Source: a bacterium (GTDB lineage: Bacteria > Patescibacteriota > Dojkabacteria > JAKAPS01 > JAJZLI01). From it: DNA of 64,000 nt. Made by a program: the position numbers and the translations under genes. The stretch lies in contig JAKAWT010000001.1 in the NCBI GenBank assembly GCA_021816845.1, forward strand, positions 6,087 to 70,086. Direction: 5' to 3'. A model generated the notes under the pieces. The model saw only the letters and a program-made list of their open reading frames with translations, did not search any database and was not told the DNA's origin. Positions 47,993 through 58,519 of the stretch are shown here, one piece after another (the first letter of the stretch is position 1; every line of letters begins with the position of its first letter).

Positions 47993-48027
47993 ATTTTAGA
48001 TTTAGATTATTTTAGTTTTTTAATATT

Positions 48028-48429
48028 ATGTTAGAACAATTCACATTTACTGAACAACCACAAAATATGTTACTTACAGCAGAGGACACAGAGAGAGATA
48101 TCAAAGAGACATTAAAAGGTATTTCTTTTATGGAAGATGTAAGAGTAATTATTAAAACCAAAGAAAAACAACAGCTTTCAGTTAATGGTGAAGAATATGG
48201 ACCATTCGAAATAGAAAATGATATGTATCCAAAAAACGAAACAATCAAAATAACAGTAGAAAATGGCCAAACTATTGTTTCACTAAAGGCTAGACATCCA
48301 GGTAATTATGTTATATCTATAAAAGATCCAGAAACAATAACAATACATGATAAAAATATGGACTTGATAAGGGGATATATTCATACAACTGAAGGACATT
48401 TTCAATTAATGGAAATTTTAACTTATTAA
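48028..48429 (+). CDS. hypothetical small acidic protein (family member 2 of 3)
   Basis: 133 aa; LKGI…IK.K…NG…F…D and IKI..E blocks shared with 48434..48823. Confidence 0.4.
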   Translation: MLEQFTFTEQPQNMLLTAEDTERDIKETLKGISFMEDVRVIIKTKEKQQLSVNGEEYGPFEIENDMYPKNETIKITVENGQTIVSLKARHPGNYVISIKDPETITIHDKNMDLIRGYIHTTEGHFQLMEILTY

Positions 48430-48433
48430 ATAT

Positions 48434-48823
48434 ATGGGAGAAACTGAGACAATATTCGAACAACAAGAACAATATGAAGATCTAAAACCAGAAGATATAT
48501 ATCCCTATTTAAAAGGTATCTTGGATACCAAAGAAAAAGCATTTATAAAGATTAAAGGAGATGGAGAACCAGCATATATTAATGGTCATCCAACATTTGA
48601 CATGGATAGAGATGTATTTCTTGTATTAGTTGATAATAACACAGAGAATTCTCCCTCTATAAAGATTGCTATAGAAAAAGTATACCTACATAATACTAGG
48701 CCAAATATTCATATTATTGTTAACAATTTAGATGAGATAGTTATATATACAATGGATGGACAAACAAAAACAAGAAGGTATAAGAAAGATAAAGAAGGGG
48801 TATTCAGAGTTTCTATTGACTAG
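48434..48823 (+). CDS. hypothetical small acidic protein (family member 3 of 3)
   Basis: 129 aa; paralog of the preceding ORF; 4-nt spacing. Confidence 0.4.
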   Translation: MGETETIFEQQEQYEDLKPEDIYPYLKGILDTKEKAFIKIKGDGEPAYINGHPTFDMDRDVFLVLVDNNTENSPSIKIAIEKVYLHNTRPNIHIIVNNLDEIVIYTMDGQTKTRRYKKDKEGVFRVSID

Positions 48824-48831
48824 ATATTAAG

Positions 48832-48850
48832 AACAAATATTTGTTTTTTA
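48832..48850 (+). terminator. palindrome AACAAATATTTGTT followed by TTTTT downstream of the small-protein triplet
   Basis: Perfect 14-bp palindrome directly followed by a T-run. Confidence 0.4.
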
Positions 48851-48898
48851 CCCAAATTAGGTATAGAATTACTTCATTAATATAAACTTAAATAACAT

Positions 48899-49822
48899 AT
48901 GCAAGAGAGCATGCCCGGGAGATCTCCGGCAAGTCCATTAGCTTCAGTTCTATTTCTACTAATTATAGTTGTTGGATTTTTTATTGGACTTCCTTTATTC
49001 TCATCAAATTTTCAACTTGCGGTAACATTATGGGTAATATTTTTCTTGCTTGCACTTTTAGTCTCAATATCTGTACATACAGCAGCAGAATGGGATAGAG
49101 CAACAGTTTTAAGATTAGGAAAATTTGCTCGAATATCTGGACCAGGGATATTTTTTATAATACCTGTTTTTGAAACTATTCCATATTGGATAGATTTAAG
49201 GACAATGTCAGTACCAATCAAGGCGGAACAGACATTAACCAAGGATAGTGTTCCAGTATCAGTTGAAGCAATTTTGTTCTTTAGAGTTATCAACGCAAAA
49301 ATGGCATCTCTAGCCGTTGCAGACTATTACAACTCAGGAATCCTTGCAGCACAAACTGCACTAAGAGATATTATAGGTAAGAGTGAATTATCCACCGTAC
49401 TATCAGAAAGAGAAAATATTGACGAGGCATTGAAAGTAGTCATAAGTAAAAGGGTAAGTCCTTGGGGTATTGAAGTTATATCTGTAGAAATGAGAGATGT
49501 TATTATTCCAGAGAATCTTCAAAATGCAATGAGTCAAAAAGCACAATCAGAAAGAGAAAGAGAATCTAGAGTAATCCTTGGTGATTCAGAAAGAATAATT
49601 GCAGATAGCTTCAGACAAGCAGCAGAAAAATACAGAGATAACCCTATGGCATTACATTTAAGAGCTATGAATATGCTATTTGAAGGTTTGAAAGAAAAAG
49701 GAGCGTTGATGATAGTCCCATCTTCGGCCCTAGATTCAATGAATCTAGGTACTCTATCTGGGCTTGCATCTTTAGGTGGTGAAAGATTAAATCAAGATAA
49801 ACCAAAGAATCCAAAAAAATAA
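48899..49822 (+). CDS. SPFH/Band-7 (stomatin/prohibitin-like) membrane protein
   Basis: Two N-terminal TM helices, then an SPFH domain (VSVPIKAEQTLTKDSVPVSVEAILFFRV…) and a coiled-coil C-terminus. Confidence 0.75.
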   Translation: MQESMPGRSPASPLASVLFLLIIVVGFFIGLPLFSSNFQLAVTLWVIFFLLALLVSISVHTAAEWDRATVLRLGKFARISGPGIFFIIPVFETIPYWIDLRTMSVPIKAEQTLTKDSVPVSVEAILFFRVINAKMASLAVADYYNSGILAAQTALRDIIGKSELSTVLSERENIDEALKVVISKRVSPWGIEVISVEMRDVIIPENLQNAMSQKAQSERERESRVILGDSERIIADSFRQAAEKYRDNPMALHLRAMNMLFEGLKEKGALMIVPSSALDSMNLGTLSGLASLGGERLNQDKPKNPKK

Positions 49823-49849
49823 TCTCAATATTTATCCATAAGAACTCTC

Positions 49850-50701
49850 ATGAAAAAAATCGTAATTGTAGGAGGAACAGCCTCTGGTAAAACTAGTTTA
49901 GCATATAATATTGCAAAAACTTTTGATGGCGAAATCATATCTTCTGACTCAAGACAAGTGTATAAATACCTTGATATAGGGTCATCTAAAGAAAGATTTA
50001 AAGATATAAAAACACACCTTATAGATATCATAAACCCAGATCAAAGATATTCTGCATTTTTATTTAAACAAGATGCAAAAAAAATAATAAAAGATATCGA
50101 GCTAAAAGGTAAAATCCCTATAATAGTTGGAGGTACTGGGCTTTATACAAAAGCACTTGTATATAATCTTTCTTTAGGCAAAAGTCCTAATTTTAAACTT
50201 AGAAAGGAACTTAAAAATAAAACAAAAGAAGAATTACAAAATACATTATATTCTATAAACCCAAGATTTAAAGAAATATTAAATAATTCAGATATAAATA
50301 ATAAAGTAAGATTAATAAGATATATAGAGAAAGGTGAAATAACAAAAGATCAATTTAAAAATAAAGAATATTTGCAAGTACAAATAAACATAGACAAAGA
50401 AGAAGTAATAAAAAGAATAAAAAATAGAACTGACAATATGATTGAGTCTGGCATCATTGATGAAACTTTAAATGTATTAAAACTAGGTTACAAAAAAGAT
50501 GATCCGGGACTTTGTATGATAGGATACAAAGAGTCCATAGAATTTATTGAAAATAAGATAAATCAACAGGAATTGATTGAGAAAATTAACAAAAATACAA
50601 TCAATTTATTAAAAAGACAAATAACATATTTTAGGAATGATAAAAATATCCATACTCTAGATAGTGATAAAATATTAGATTTTATAAAAACTACCATCTA
50701 A
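49850..50701 (+). CDS. miaA: tRNA dimethylallyltransferase
   Basis: P-loop IVIVGGTASGKTSLA; SDSRQVYKYLDIGSSK motif. Confidence 0.75.
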   Translation: MKKIVIVGGTASGKTSLAYNIAKTFDGEIISSDSRQVYKYLDIGSSKERFKDIKTHLIDIINPDQRYSAFLFKQDAKKIIKDIELKGKIPIIVGGTGLYTKALVYNLSLGKSPNFKLRKELKNKTKEELQNTLYSINPRFKEILNNSDINNKVRLIRYIEKGEITKDQFKNKEYLQVQINIDKEEVIKRIKNRTDNMIESGIIDETLNVLKLGYKKDDPGLCMIGYKESIEFIENKINQQELIEKINKNTINLLKRQITYFRNDKNIHTLDSDKILDFIKTTI

Positions 50702-50809
50702 TTGAAAATCTGAACTACATAGTATATACTATGCCAGTCCTCATAAAATGATGCAATTGATATTGGACATTCCAGTATCCATCTTAATGAGAAAGCAAGG
50801 GAGTCCTTT

Positions 50810-51103
50810 ATGAAAAGTAGTATTATCGTGGTATTTGTCTTTATTGCTCTTGCAATAGTAACTCATTTCGCTTTCTTATATATTCTTGGTAGTACACCAA
50901 TAGTTGCACAAGGAACACTATCATCAGCTATGAAAGATACAGTAGGAATACTAAAAAGCATTAGGGTTGTATGTTTATACATTATACCAGCAATTTTTTG
51001 TATTGCCGCTTTTATAGCATGGGTGTATGCAAGAACAGATCCTAGATACATAATTCAGAGTGATTACTACAATCAGCATAGCTCCTTTGGCGAGTGGTCT
51101 TGA
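50810..51103 (+). CDS. small membrane protein (2 TM), unknown function
   Basis: 97 aa, SD AAGGGAG upstream; locally GC-elevated. Confidence 0.35.
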   Translation: MKSSIIVVFVFIALAIVTHFAFLYILGSTPIVAQGTLSSAMKDTVGILKSIRVVCLYIIPAIFCIAAFIAWVYARTDPRYIIQSDYYNQHSSFGEWS

Positions 51104-51220
51104 TCAGCAAAAGCTGAAAAAGATTCGAAAACCTAGCAAGAGAGCTGGATAAGAATGATCTTTGGATATAAAAATCCATTGTTTCCTTCTTACCCAGCCT
51201 CTCTGCTACACATATATTAT

Positions 51221-51253
51221 TGTATAAAAAAACAAACCCCACTTCTATGTGGG
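51221..51253 (-). terminator. rho-independent terminator of hup
   Basis: Minus-strand CCCAC-AUAGAA-GUGGG hairpin followed by GUUUGUUUUUUU, 30 nt after the hup stop. Confidence 0.55.
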
Positions 51254-51284
51254 ATTTGAAATTTTACTTATTAAAAAATAAAGC

Positions 51285-51557
51285 TTATTTTACTGCTACT
51301 TTTAGTGCCTTTCCAGCTCTAAATGCAGGAGATTTTGTTGCTGCAATTCTGATTTTTGCTCCAGTTTGAGGATTTCTTCCTTCTCTTTCGGATCTACTTC
51401 TAACTTCAAACTTACCAAAACCAGTAATTAAAACATCATCTCCTTTTCTTAAAGCTTCAGTAACTGCATCTACAAAAGCATCTAATGCTTGATTTGCAGC
51501 TCTTTTTGTAAGCCCTGTTGAGGCTGCCATTTTCTCAGCTAATTCTGTTCTTAACAT
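51285..51557 (-). CDS. hup: DNA-binding protein HU
   Basis: 90 aa; MLRTELAEKMA…GFGKFEVRSRSEREGRNPQTG…; strong SD AGGAGGTGA 7 nt upstream. Confidence 0.85.
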   Translation of the reverse strand: MLRTELAEKMAASTGLTKRAANQALDAFVDAVTEALRKGDDVLITGFGKFEVRSRSEREGRNPQTGAKIRIAATKSPAFRAGKALKVAVK

Positions 51558-51754
51558 TGATAATCACCTCCTTTATTTGAATCACTTTTGGGTATTTCTA
51601 AATGTCGACACTATAGAAAATACCTCTATGATAACATTTAAAGGAAGTATATACATATTTAGCTGTAATTGCAATATATATGCAACTAATTATTAAATTA
51701 TGCCTTTAATTCAACACTTTTCTGTATACAATTTCCTTTATAATTTATATATAT

Positions 51755-52258
51755 TTATTTGGGATCTTTATATAGAATTTCCAAGTCTTTGTCTGTTAAA
51801 AGTTTAATGGGTTCTTCCATCCTATCAAGAAACATTAATCCATCCATATGATCAATTTCATGTTGTAATAAATGAGAATAGAAACCCTCAAATTGCATTA
51901 TCCTTCTTTTAAATGACTCATCTTTATATTCAACTATAATTTTAGATGGTCTTTTAACATTACCATATAAATTACCTTCCTTAAGACTCATACATCCTTC
52001 CCACTCATCAGACATAGTATTTGATCTATATATTATTTTAGGGTTAATAAAAACATTCCACTTACCATCTATCTCTGCTACACACATTCTTTTATTCTCT
52101 CCAACCTGACACCCACACAGCCCAACACAGTTATTTACAGATTGTCCATATTTAATCATTTCTAAGGATAACTTCTTTAAATCTTTATCAAACTTAGATA
52201 CCTCCTCTGATTTTTGAGTTAACCTCTTATCGCCTTTTAATATAATATTAATACTCAT
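51755..52258 (-). CDS. def: peptide deformylase
   Basis: Motifs GLCGCQVG (G-x-G-x-A-A-x-Q-like), EGCMS (EGCLS) and HEIDHMDG (HExxH). Confidence 0.8.
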   Translation of the reverse strand: MSINIILKGDKRLTQKSEEVSKFDKDLKKLSLEMIKYGQSVNNCVGLCGCQVGENKRMCVAEIDGKWNVFINPKIIYRSNTMSDEWEGCMSLKEGNLYGNVKRPSKIIVEYKDESFKRRIMQFEGFYSHLLQHEIDHMDGLMFLDRMEEPIKLLTDKDLEILYKDPK

Positions 52259-54216
52259 TGTCTTTTTACTTTATTTACACCCTTTATATCTTGTAGAGTT
52301 ATTATTATATCATTAAGCTGATTTTTTGTGGACACATTTATATCTATTACAGTTTCAAAATGATCATCCAAAGATTTAGTGTTAAAGTTTTCTATCGTTA
52401 TTTGTTTTTTTAATATTATATTTAAAATATTATCAATACTGGCTTTATTTGAGCTCTCTACAAAAAGGGAAGTTGTTATACAAGCATCCTTATTATTCCA
52501 TATAACATCTACGTATCTATGTTTATCATCAGATATTCCTAAATCTATATTTTTACACGAAGATTTGTGTATCATAATAAGTCCAGATAAAGAGACACAG
52601 CCAGTAATATGATCTGGAGGTATAGGATTGCAACATTTTGCAAATTTATATGGAACATTTGATGCTCCTTTTATAATTACTATATCCTTACTTTGATCAT
52701 TATGTTTTTTAAATTTTATATTTTGATCATGTACTTTACCAATTTCCAAATTTTTATTCTGTTCATTCAATTTCTTCTCTTCGTCTTCTATCCTCAACCA
52801 TTTCCTTATAACATTTCTTGTCTGAGACATTTTAGCGTAATTAAGCCAATCTCTTTTAGGATATTTCCTTTTATTGTCTACAATTATCTCTATAATATCT
52901 CCAGTTTGTAATTTGGTATCTATAGGAGATAACTTCCCGTTAATTTTAGCCCCATTCATAGCATTTCCTATATGGGTGTGTATTGTATATGCAAAATCTA
53001 CAGGTGTAGAATCCTTATCAAGCTCCTTAACAAGACCTTCTGGGGTACATACAAAAATACGATTAAATATAAGGTCTTGGTCAAGAAGAATATCTCTCTT
53101 ATTCCATTCCATTAAATTCTTTATCCAAGCGAATTTATCTGTACCACTATCCCCATTTCCTTTAATTTTATAGGCAATGTGGGATGCAGGCCCATATTCA
53201 TTATATTCATGCATTCTATGTGTTTTAATTTGTATCTCTACAGGTTTATTATCAATACTAACGGTTGTTTGTATAGCTTTAAATCCGTTCTTCTTGGGAC
53301 TTGCTATATAATCATCAAACTTATCTCTTTCATAATTGTATGTAGTATGTATAACTCCCAAACTACGATAACAAGCTTCTTTAGTGTCCACAAGAACTGT
53401 AAATGCCCACAAATCAGATAATCTAGATATATATTCCACATCAAAATAACCATTACGTTTCAATATTTTATTATATATACTATACAAATTTTTCCTTCTT
53501 CCAAATACCTTGGATCTAATACCAGCTCTCTTTAGGTCATGAAAAATTTGTAATTCTGTTTTTTTTATAAATTGAGCATTGTATTCAGTATGAGATTTAA
53601 AATATTCATTTATCATTAGACTCTCTTCGGGATTCAATATTCCAAAGCATATATCATCAAGTTCAGCTTTCATAGCTCCCATACCAAGATATTCAGATAT
53701 TGGAGAATAAACCATCATTGTATCTTTTGCATATTTTATCTGTTCTTCTTCAGTTTTTACCCCTATAGTTCTCATATTATGCAGTCTATCTGCAATTTTT
53801 AGGATAATAATCCTGATATCTCCAGAAGATGAGATTAATAATTTTCTTAAATTTTCAAAATTCTGATTCTTAGAATCACTACTTTTATGAGCTATAGTTT
53901 TTATTTTTGTCACCCCATCAACGATATTTGAAACTGTTTTCCCAAATTTTTCTTCTATTTCTGGTAATGTAACATCAGAATCTTCTACAACATCATGAAG
54001 GAGTGCAGCAATTATGGAATCTCCGTCAAGACCAAGATTAGACAGTATTAATGCAACAGCTAAAGGGTGGTGTATAAATGGTTCCCCAGTTAATCTAAAG
54101 GTCCCTTTATGTGCATTTCTAGCTAGTTCATAAGCCTCTTCAATTTTGACCAAATTTGAAGTTATCTTTTTCTTTCTTATATTAGAAATTAAATCTGAAT
54201 ATTCTACTATCTCCAT
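52255..54216 (-). CDS. rel: bifunctional (p)ppGpp synthetase/hydrolase, RelA/SpoT family
   Basis: HD domain (HDVVEDS); RelA_SpoT synthetase domain; TGS and ACT-like C-terminal domains; 653 aa. Confidence 0.85.
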   Translation of the reverse strand: MEIVEYSDLISNIRKKKITSNLVKIEEAYELARNAHKGTFRLTGEPFIHHPLAVALILSNLGLDGDSIIAALLHDVVEDSDVTLPEIEEKFGKTVSNIVDGVTKIKTIAHKSSDSKNQNFENLRKLLISSSGDIRIIILKIADRLHNMRTIGVKTEEEQIKYAKDTMMVYSPISEYLGMGAMKAELDDICFGILNPEESLMINEYFKSHTEYNAQFIKKTELQIFHDLKRAGIRSKVFGRRKNLYSIYNKILKRNGYFDVEYISRLSDLWAFTVLVDTKEACYRSLGVIHTTYNYERDKFDDYIASPKKNGFKAIQTTVSIDNKPVEIQIKTHRMHEYNEYGPASHIAYKIKGNGDSGTDKFAWIKNLMEWNKRDILLDQDLIFNRIFVCTPEGLVKELDKDSTPVDFAYTIHTHIGNAMNGAKINGKLSPIDTKLQTGDIIEIIVDNKRKYPKRDWLNYAKMSQTRNVIRKWLRIEDEEKKLNEQNKNLEIGKVHDQNIKFKKHNDQSKDIVIIKGASNVPYKFAKCCNPIPPDHITGCVSLSGLIMIHKSSCKNIDLGISDDKHRYVDVIWNNKDACITTSLFVESSNKASIDNILNIILKKQITIENFNTKSLDDHFETVIDINVSTKNQLNDIIITLQDIKGVNKVKRQ

Positions 54217-54229
54217 ATATTTAAATTAA

Positions 54230-56029
54230 TCAAACTACATGTGGTTTTAGATCAATAATTTTAAGTTGTAGAGTGTGTTTATCTCTCCATATATTGTCCT
54301 CCAGAGTAAAAACAATATCAATATATGAAAAATTTATTATCTGATCAGGTTTATATATTGATGCAAACCACACAGCATCAAATATATTTTCTGAATTTTT
54401 ATCTGTAATTTTCATTTTTATAAAATTATCATTAGAACCTATATTAAATACTGACAATACTTCAGCTCCGGTAATTTTAAAAATAGGTACAGTATTCCCC
54501 CTACCATGAGGTTCTAAAATCTTAATTTTATGGAGAAAATCAAAATTTATATCGCCCAAAGATATCTCAGTATCTACATAAACTACTTTAAAGTCATTTT
54601 CAAGATTTAAGGATTTATTAAAATATGTTTTTGCAAATTTATTAAGTTCAAGGTGCAATTTCTCTATATTTTCCTTTTTTATTTTCAAACCACAAGCTCC
54701 AGCATGCCCACCATACGATTCTAAAATATTTGAGGATCTAGATCTTAAGGATCCAGATCCTGAGGATTGGTCTAGTGCCTCAATAATATTAAATCCATCT
54801 ACAGACCTTCCTGAGCCTATATACAGATCACCTTTTTTGGTTAGTGCAATAGTAGGCTTTCCGGTATCAGATGTTAGTCTACCTGCAACAAGGCCTACAA
54901 TACCTTCATGCCATGTATCATCATAAACAAGATTGAAAAAATTGTTTTTATCGATTTTGGATTTAGCTTGCTCTACAGCATACTTTGTTAACTTTTGCCT
55001 TTCAATATTCATATTATGTAATTTTTTTGATAATTTCTCTGCAACTTCTTTACTTTGTGTATTTAATAATCTAACCCCATCTAGAGCATCATATAATCTT
55101 CCTGTAGCATTAATCTTAGGGCCTAATATATATCCTATCTTATAAACGTCAATATTATCGATTTCAGATATACTAATAAGTGCATCTAAACCTTTCCTCT
55201 TTCTCATATTAATAACATTAAGACCTTTTTTTACAATTGATCTATTTTCTAGAGTTAGATTAGACACATCACAAACAGTAGCCAACGTAGCAAGATCATA
55301 ATATTCACTTATATCAAAATTTTTATATGAAGATGTTTTAGATAATGCCTCAACAATTTTCAATGCAACTCCTGCCCCACATAAATCTGGATAGTTATAA
55401 CCTATCATAGGATGAATTATTGCATATGCACTAGGGAGGATTTCAGGAGGTAGGTGGTGATCTGTAATTATAAGGTCTATTCCTAGATCTTTAGCAATTT
55501 TAGCATTCTCAACATCTCTAATACCACAATCTACAGTTATAATTAGAGTTATACCTTCTTTCGCTGCTTTTTCTATCTGATCCTTATTAAGACCATATCC
55601 ATCCGTAAATCTGGACGGGATAAATGGTCTTACATCAGCTTTCATCTTGTTATATAGAAAATCCCATAAAATTGAAGTTGCACATATACCATCAACATCA
55701 TAATCTCCATAAATCTGTATTTTTTCCCTGGATCTAGATCCATGAGACTTTACAGCTTTATTTATTCTCATAACAACACGTTTCATATCTTTAAATTTAT
55801 AGGGATCTCTATTTTTTAATATCACAGGATCTATTTCATCATAAAGAAAAGCTTTTAACTCCTCTAGACTAGAATCTTTTTTTAATATACCTCTGTTATA
55901 TAAAAGTTGGATTATAATATCATCCAAACTTAAATCTCTATATAAAGATTTATCATTTTGATTTAAATCCTTTATATCTAGGTCCAGACCCAGGTCTGTT
56001 ATTTTAGGGTATAATTTCCATTGAGCCAT
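54230..56029 (-). CDS. recJ: single-stranded-DNA-specific exonuclease RecJ
   Basis: DHH motifs (YGDYDVDG, DLIITDHH), DHHA1 region; two low-complexity palindrome-encoded insertions. Confidence 0.8.
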   Translation of the reverse strand: MAQWKLYPKITDLGLDLDIKDLNQNDKSLYRDLSLDDIIIQLLYNRGILKKDSSLEELKAFLYDEIDPVILKNRDPYKFKDMKRVVMRINKAVKSHGSRSREKIQIYGDYDVDGICATSILWDFLYNKMKADVRPFIPSRFTDGYGLNKDQIEKAAKEGITLIITVDCGIRDVENAKIAKDLGIDLIITDHHLPPEILPSAYAIIHPMIGYNYPDLCGAGVALKIVEALSKTSSYKNFDISEYYDLATLATVCDVSNLTLENRSIVKKGLNVINMRKRKGLDALISISEIDNIDVYKIGYILGPKINATGRLYDALDGVRLLNTQSKEVAEKLSKKLHNMNIERQKLTKYAVEQAKSKIDKNNFFNLVYDDTWHEGIVGLVAGRLTSDTGKPTIALTKKGDLYIGSGRSVDGFNIIEALDQSSGSGSLRSRSSNILESYGGHAGACGLKIKKENIEKLHLELNKFAKTYFNKSLNLENDFKVVYVDTEISLGDINFDFLHKIKILEPHGRGNTVPIFKITGAEVLSVFNIGSNDNFIKMKITDKNSENIFDAVWFASIYKPDQIINFSYIDIVFTLEDNIWRDKHTLQLKIIDLKPHVV

Positions 56030-56039
56030 ATAAACAATG

Positions 56040-57062
56040 CTACATCTTTGATCTTACCTCTTCTTCAATCTTTTTGTACAAAGATTCATCATCGTGAAGA
56101 AGTGTTTTCATAGCGTCTTTACCTTGAGCAAGCTGTGTATCTCCCATTTTAAACCAAGCACCCGATCTTTCTAAAACACCTAGAGTTAGTGCAGTATCAA
56201 TAAGAGCACTCTCACGAGATATTCCATCGGGAAAAATTATATCAAAAGAAGCTTCTTTAAATGGAGGCGCTACCTTATTTTTAACAACCTTAGCTAGGAC
56301 AACATGACCTATAACTGTATCTCCTTTTGTAATTTTTTCTTTTCTTCTAACATCAATTCTTATTGACGAATAAAATTTTAAAGCATTACCTCCAGTTGTA
56401 GTCTCTGGAGATCCAAACATAATGCCTATTTTCATTCTTAATTGGTTTATGAATATGACAGTACAGTTAGATCTTGCTGATATTGATGTGAGTTTCCTCA
56501 TAGCTTTTGACATTAATCTTGCCTGTAAACCCATTGAGGTGTCAGACATCTCTCCTTCTATTTCTGCCTTTGGTGTTAATGCTGCAACCGAGTCAATAAC
56601 AACAACATCTATTGATCCTGATCTTATCAGTGTCTCTGTAATTTCTAATGCCTGCTCCCCATAATCCGGTTGAGATAAAAAAAGATTATCTATATCAACT
56701 CCTATCCTCCTTGCATAATTTGGATCTAGAGCATGTTCTGCATCAATATACACTGCTTTACCACCAGCTTTTTGTGCTTCTGCTATAATATGAAGTGCCA
56801 AAGTAGTCTTACCAGAAGATTCAGGGCCATATATCTCTATTATTCTACCCCTAGGAATTCCTCCAACCCCTAATGCGTAATCCAAAGATATAGCTCCTGT
56901 TTTGTATACATCCATCTTCCCTTGAGGCCTATCTCCAAGTTTCATAACAGATCCAGATCCAAATTGTTTTTCAATCTGATCTAAAGCTATTTTTAATGTT
57001 TCATCTTTGTTGAAATCCACTTTTTTCATGTTTTCAACTTTACTATTATCTCCCTTAGCCAT
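56040..57062 (-). CDS. recA: recombinase RecA
   Basis: Walker [10 protein letters not shown]; L1/L2 loop regions; 340 aa. Confidence 0.95.
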   Translation of the reverse strand: MAKGDNSKVENMKKVDFNKDETLKIALDQIEKQFGSGSVMKLGDRPQGKMDVYKTGAISLDYALGVGGIPRGRIIEIYGPESSGKTTLALHIIAEAQKAGGKAVYIDAEHALDPNYARRIGVDIDNLFLSQPDYGEQALEITETLIRSGSIDVVVIDSVAALTPKAEIEGEMSDTSMGLQARLMSKAMRKLTSISARSNCTVIFINQLRMKIGIMFGSPETTTGGNALKFYSSIRIDVRRKEKITKGDTVIGHVVLAKVVKNKVAPPFKEASFDIIFPDGISRESALIDTALTLGVLERSGAWFKMGDTQLAQGKDAMKTLLHDDESLYKKIEEEVRSKM

Positions 57063-57158
57063 GGACGCATATATATAATATTATTATTTCATTATATCAA
57101 ATTAAAAAATATATTAACATAAAATATACATTCTCTAAAATTCATTGTAATATGGAAT

Positions 57159-58478
57159 TCATTCTTTTCTTTTTGAAAGATTGACAAATTGTGCCTGTTC
57201 TTTTACAAATTTCAATTCTACCTGACCAGTCGGTCCATTCCTATGCTTTGCAATAATAACATCTGCTATGCCTTTCCTCTCTGTATCAAAATCATACAGC
57301 TCTTCCCTATCTAAAAATATTACAACATCTGCATCTTGCTCTATAGCACCTGATTCTCTCAAATCAGAAAGTTGAGGTCTACGCGATGTACGTGTTTCAA
57401 CTGCACGTGAAAGTTGGCTAGCTGCAATAACAGGAACCTTTAGTTCTCTTGCCAGATTTTTTAAAAACCTAGATATTTCTGAGACTTCCTGTACCCTATT
57501 CTCTGTATTAACACCAACAGCAAGTTGTAGATAATCAACAATAATCATATCTATCCTAGTTTCAATATTTAGCCTACGTGCTTTAGTCCTCATTTCAAGT
57601 ATAGTTTGACCTGGAGTATCATCAATAAATAAATTTGCCTCTGATAATCTTCCCATAGAATCTGCTAATTTTTCTAGTTTTGATGAATCAATATGACCCA
57701 TTCTATAATCCCATAAATTTATACCAACTTGGCTAGAAATTAAACGATCCGTTAATTCCCCAGAAGACATTTCTAAGGAAAACATTGCAATATTCTTTTT
57801 TGATGACAACGCTGCATCTCTAGCTATATCAAGTAGGAATGAAGTTTTTCCTACTGAAGGACGTGCTGCTACTATTATAAGGTTTGATTCTTGGAATCCA
57901 CCTAAAATGTTATCAAGATCAATAAAGCCAGAAACTATACCACGAAGTTTATCTCTACTTTCTTCTATTTCTTCTGCCTTCCTATAACTTTCAGACAATA
58001 AATCTTTCACTGGAACGAAATCACTTTTTATATTTGAAGATGAAACATTGAAAAGATGTTTTTCAGATTCATTAATAACATCTTGTATTTTTACATCTTC
58101 TCTAAAGGATAGATCTACAATATCAGAACCAGTTTTTATTAGTTCCCGTCTTATATATAAATCTTTTACTATTTGAGCATAATGTACAGCAGAGGATGAA
58201 AGTGATGTGTTCTCCATTAAAGAGGCAAGATAAACGTCTCCTCCTACCTTTTCTAACATTTTTCTTTTTTTAAGATTTGACTTTAGAGTTAACAAATCTA
58301 TAGGTAGCCCCTCTCCAAATAGATCTAATATAGAAGCATATATTTCTTTATTTGCATTATTATAAAAGTGTTCTGGACGTAAAAATTCAATAACATCAAG
58401 TAGAGATTCTTTGTTAATCAAAATCGCACCAAGTGTTAATACTTCTGCTTCTATATTTTGTGGAGGTATTCTTTCCAT
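57159..58478 (-). CDS. dnaB: replicative DNA helicase DnaB
   Basis: N-terminal domain (IPPQNIEAEVLTLGAIL) and C-terminal RecA-like ATPase domain (ARPSVGKTSFLL). Confidence 0.9.
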   Translation of the reverse strand: MERIPPQNIEAEVLTLGAILINKESLLDVIEFLRPEHFYNNANKEIYASILDLFGEGLPIDLLTLKSNLKKRKMLEKVGGDVYLASLMENTSLSSSAVHYAQIVKDLYIRRELIKTGSDIVDLSFREDVKIQDVINESEKHLFNVSSSNIKSDFVPVKDLLSESYRKAEEIEESRDKLRGIVSGFIDLDNILGGFQESNLIIVAARPSVGKTSFLLDIARDAALSSKKNIAMFSLEMSSGELTDRLISSQVGINLWDYRMGHIDSSKLEKLADSMGRLSEANLFIDDTPGQTILEMRTKARRLNIETRIDMIIVDYLQLAVGVNTENRVQEVSEISRFLKNLARELKVPVIAASQLSRAVETRTSRRPQLSDLRESGAIEQDADVVIFLDREELYDFDTERKGIADVIIAKHRNGPTGQVELKFVKEQAQFVNLSKRKE

Positions 58479-58519
58479 TTTATATGAACCATTAATTGTT
58501 TGGATTTAAAACCTTTAAT

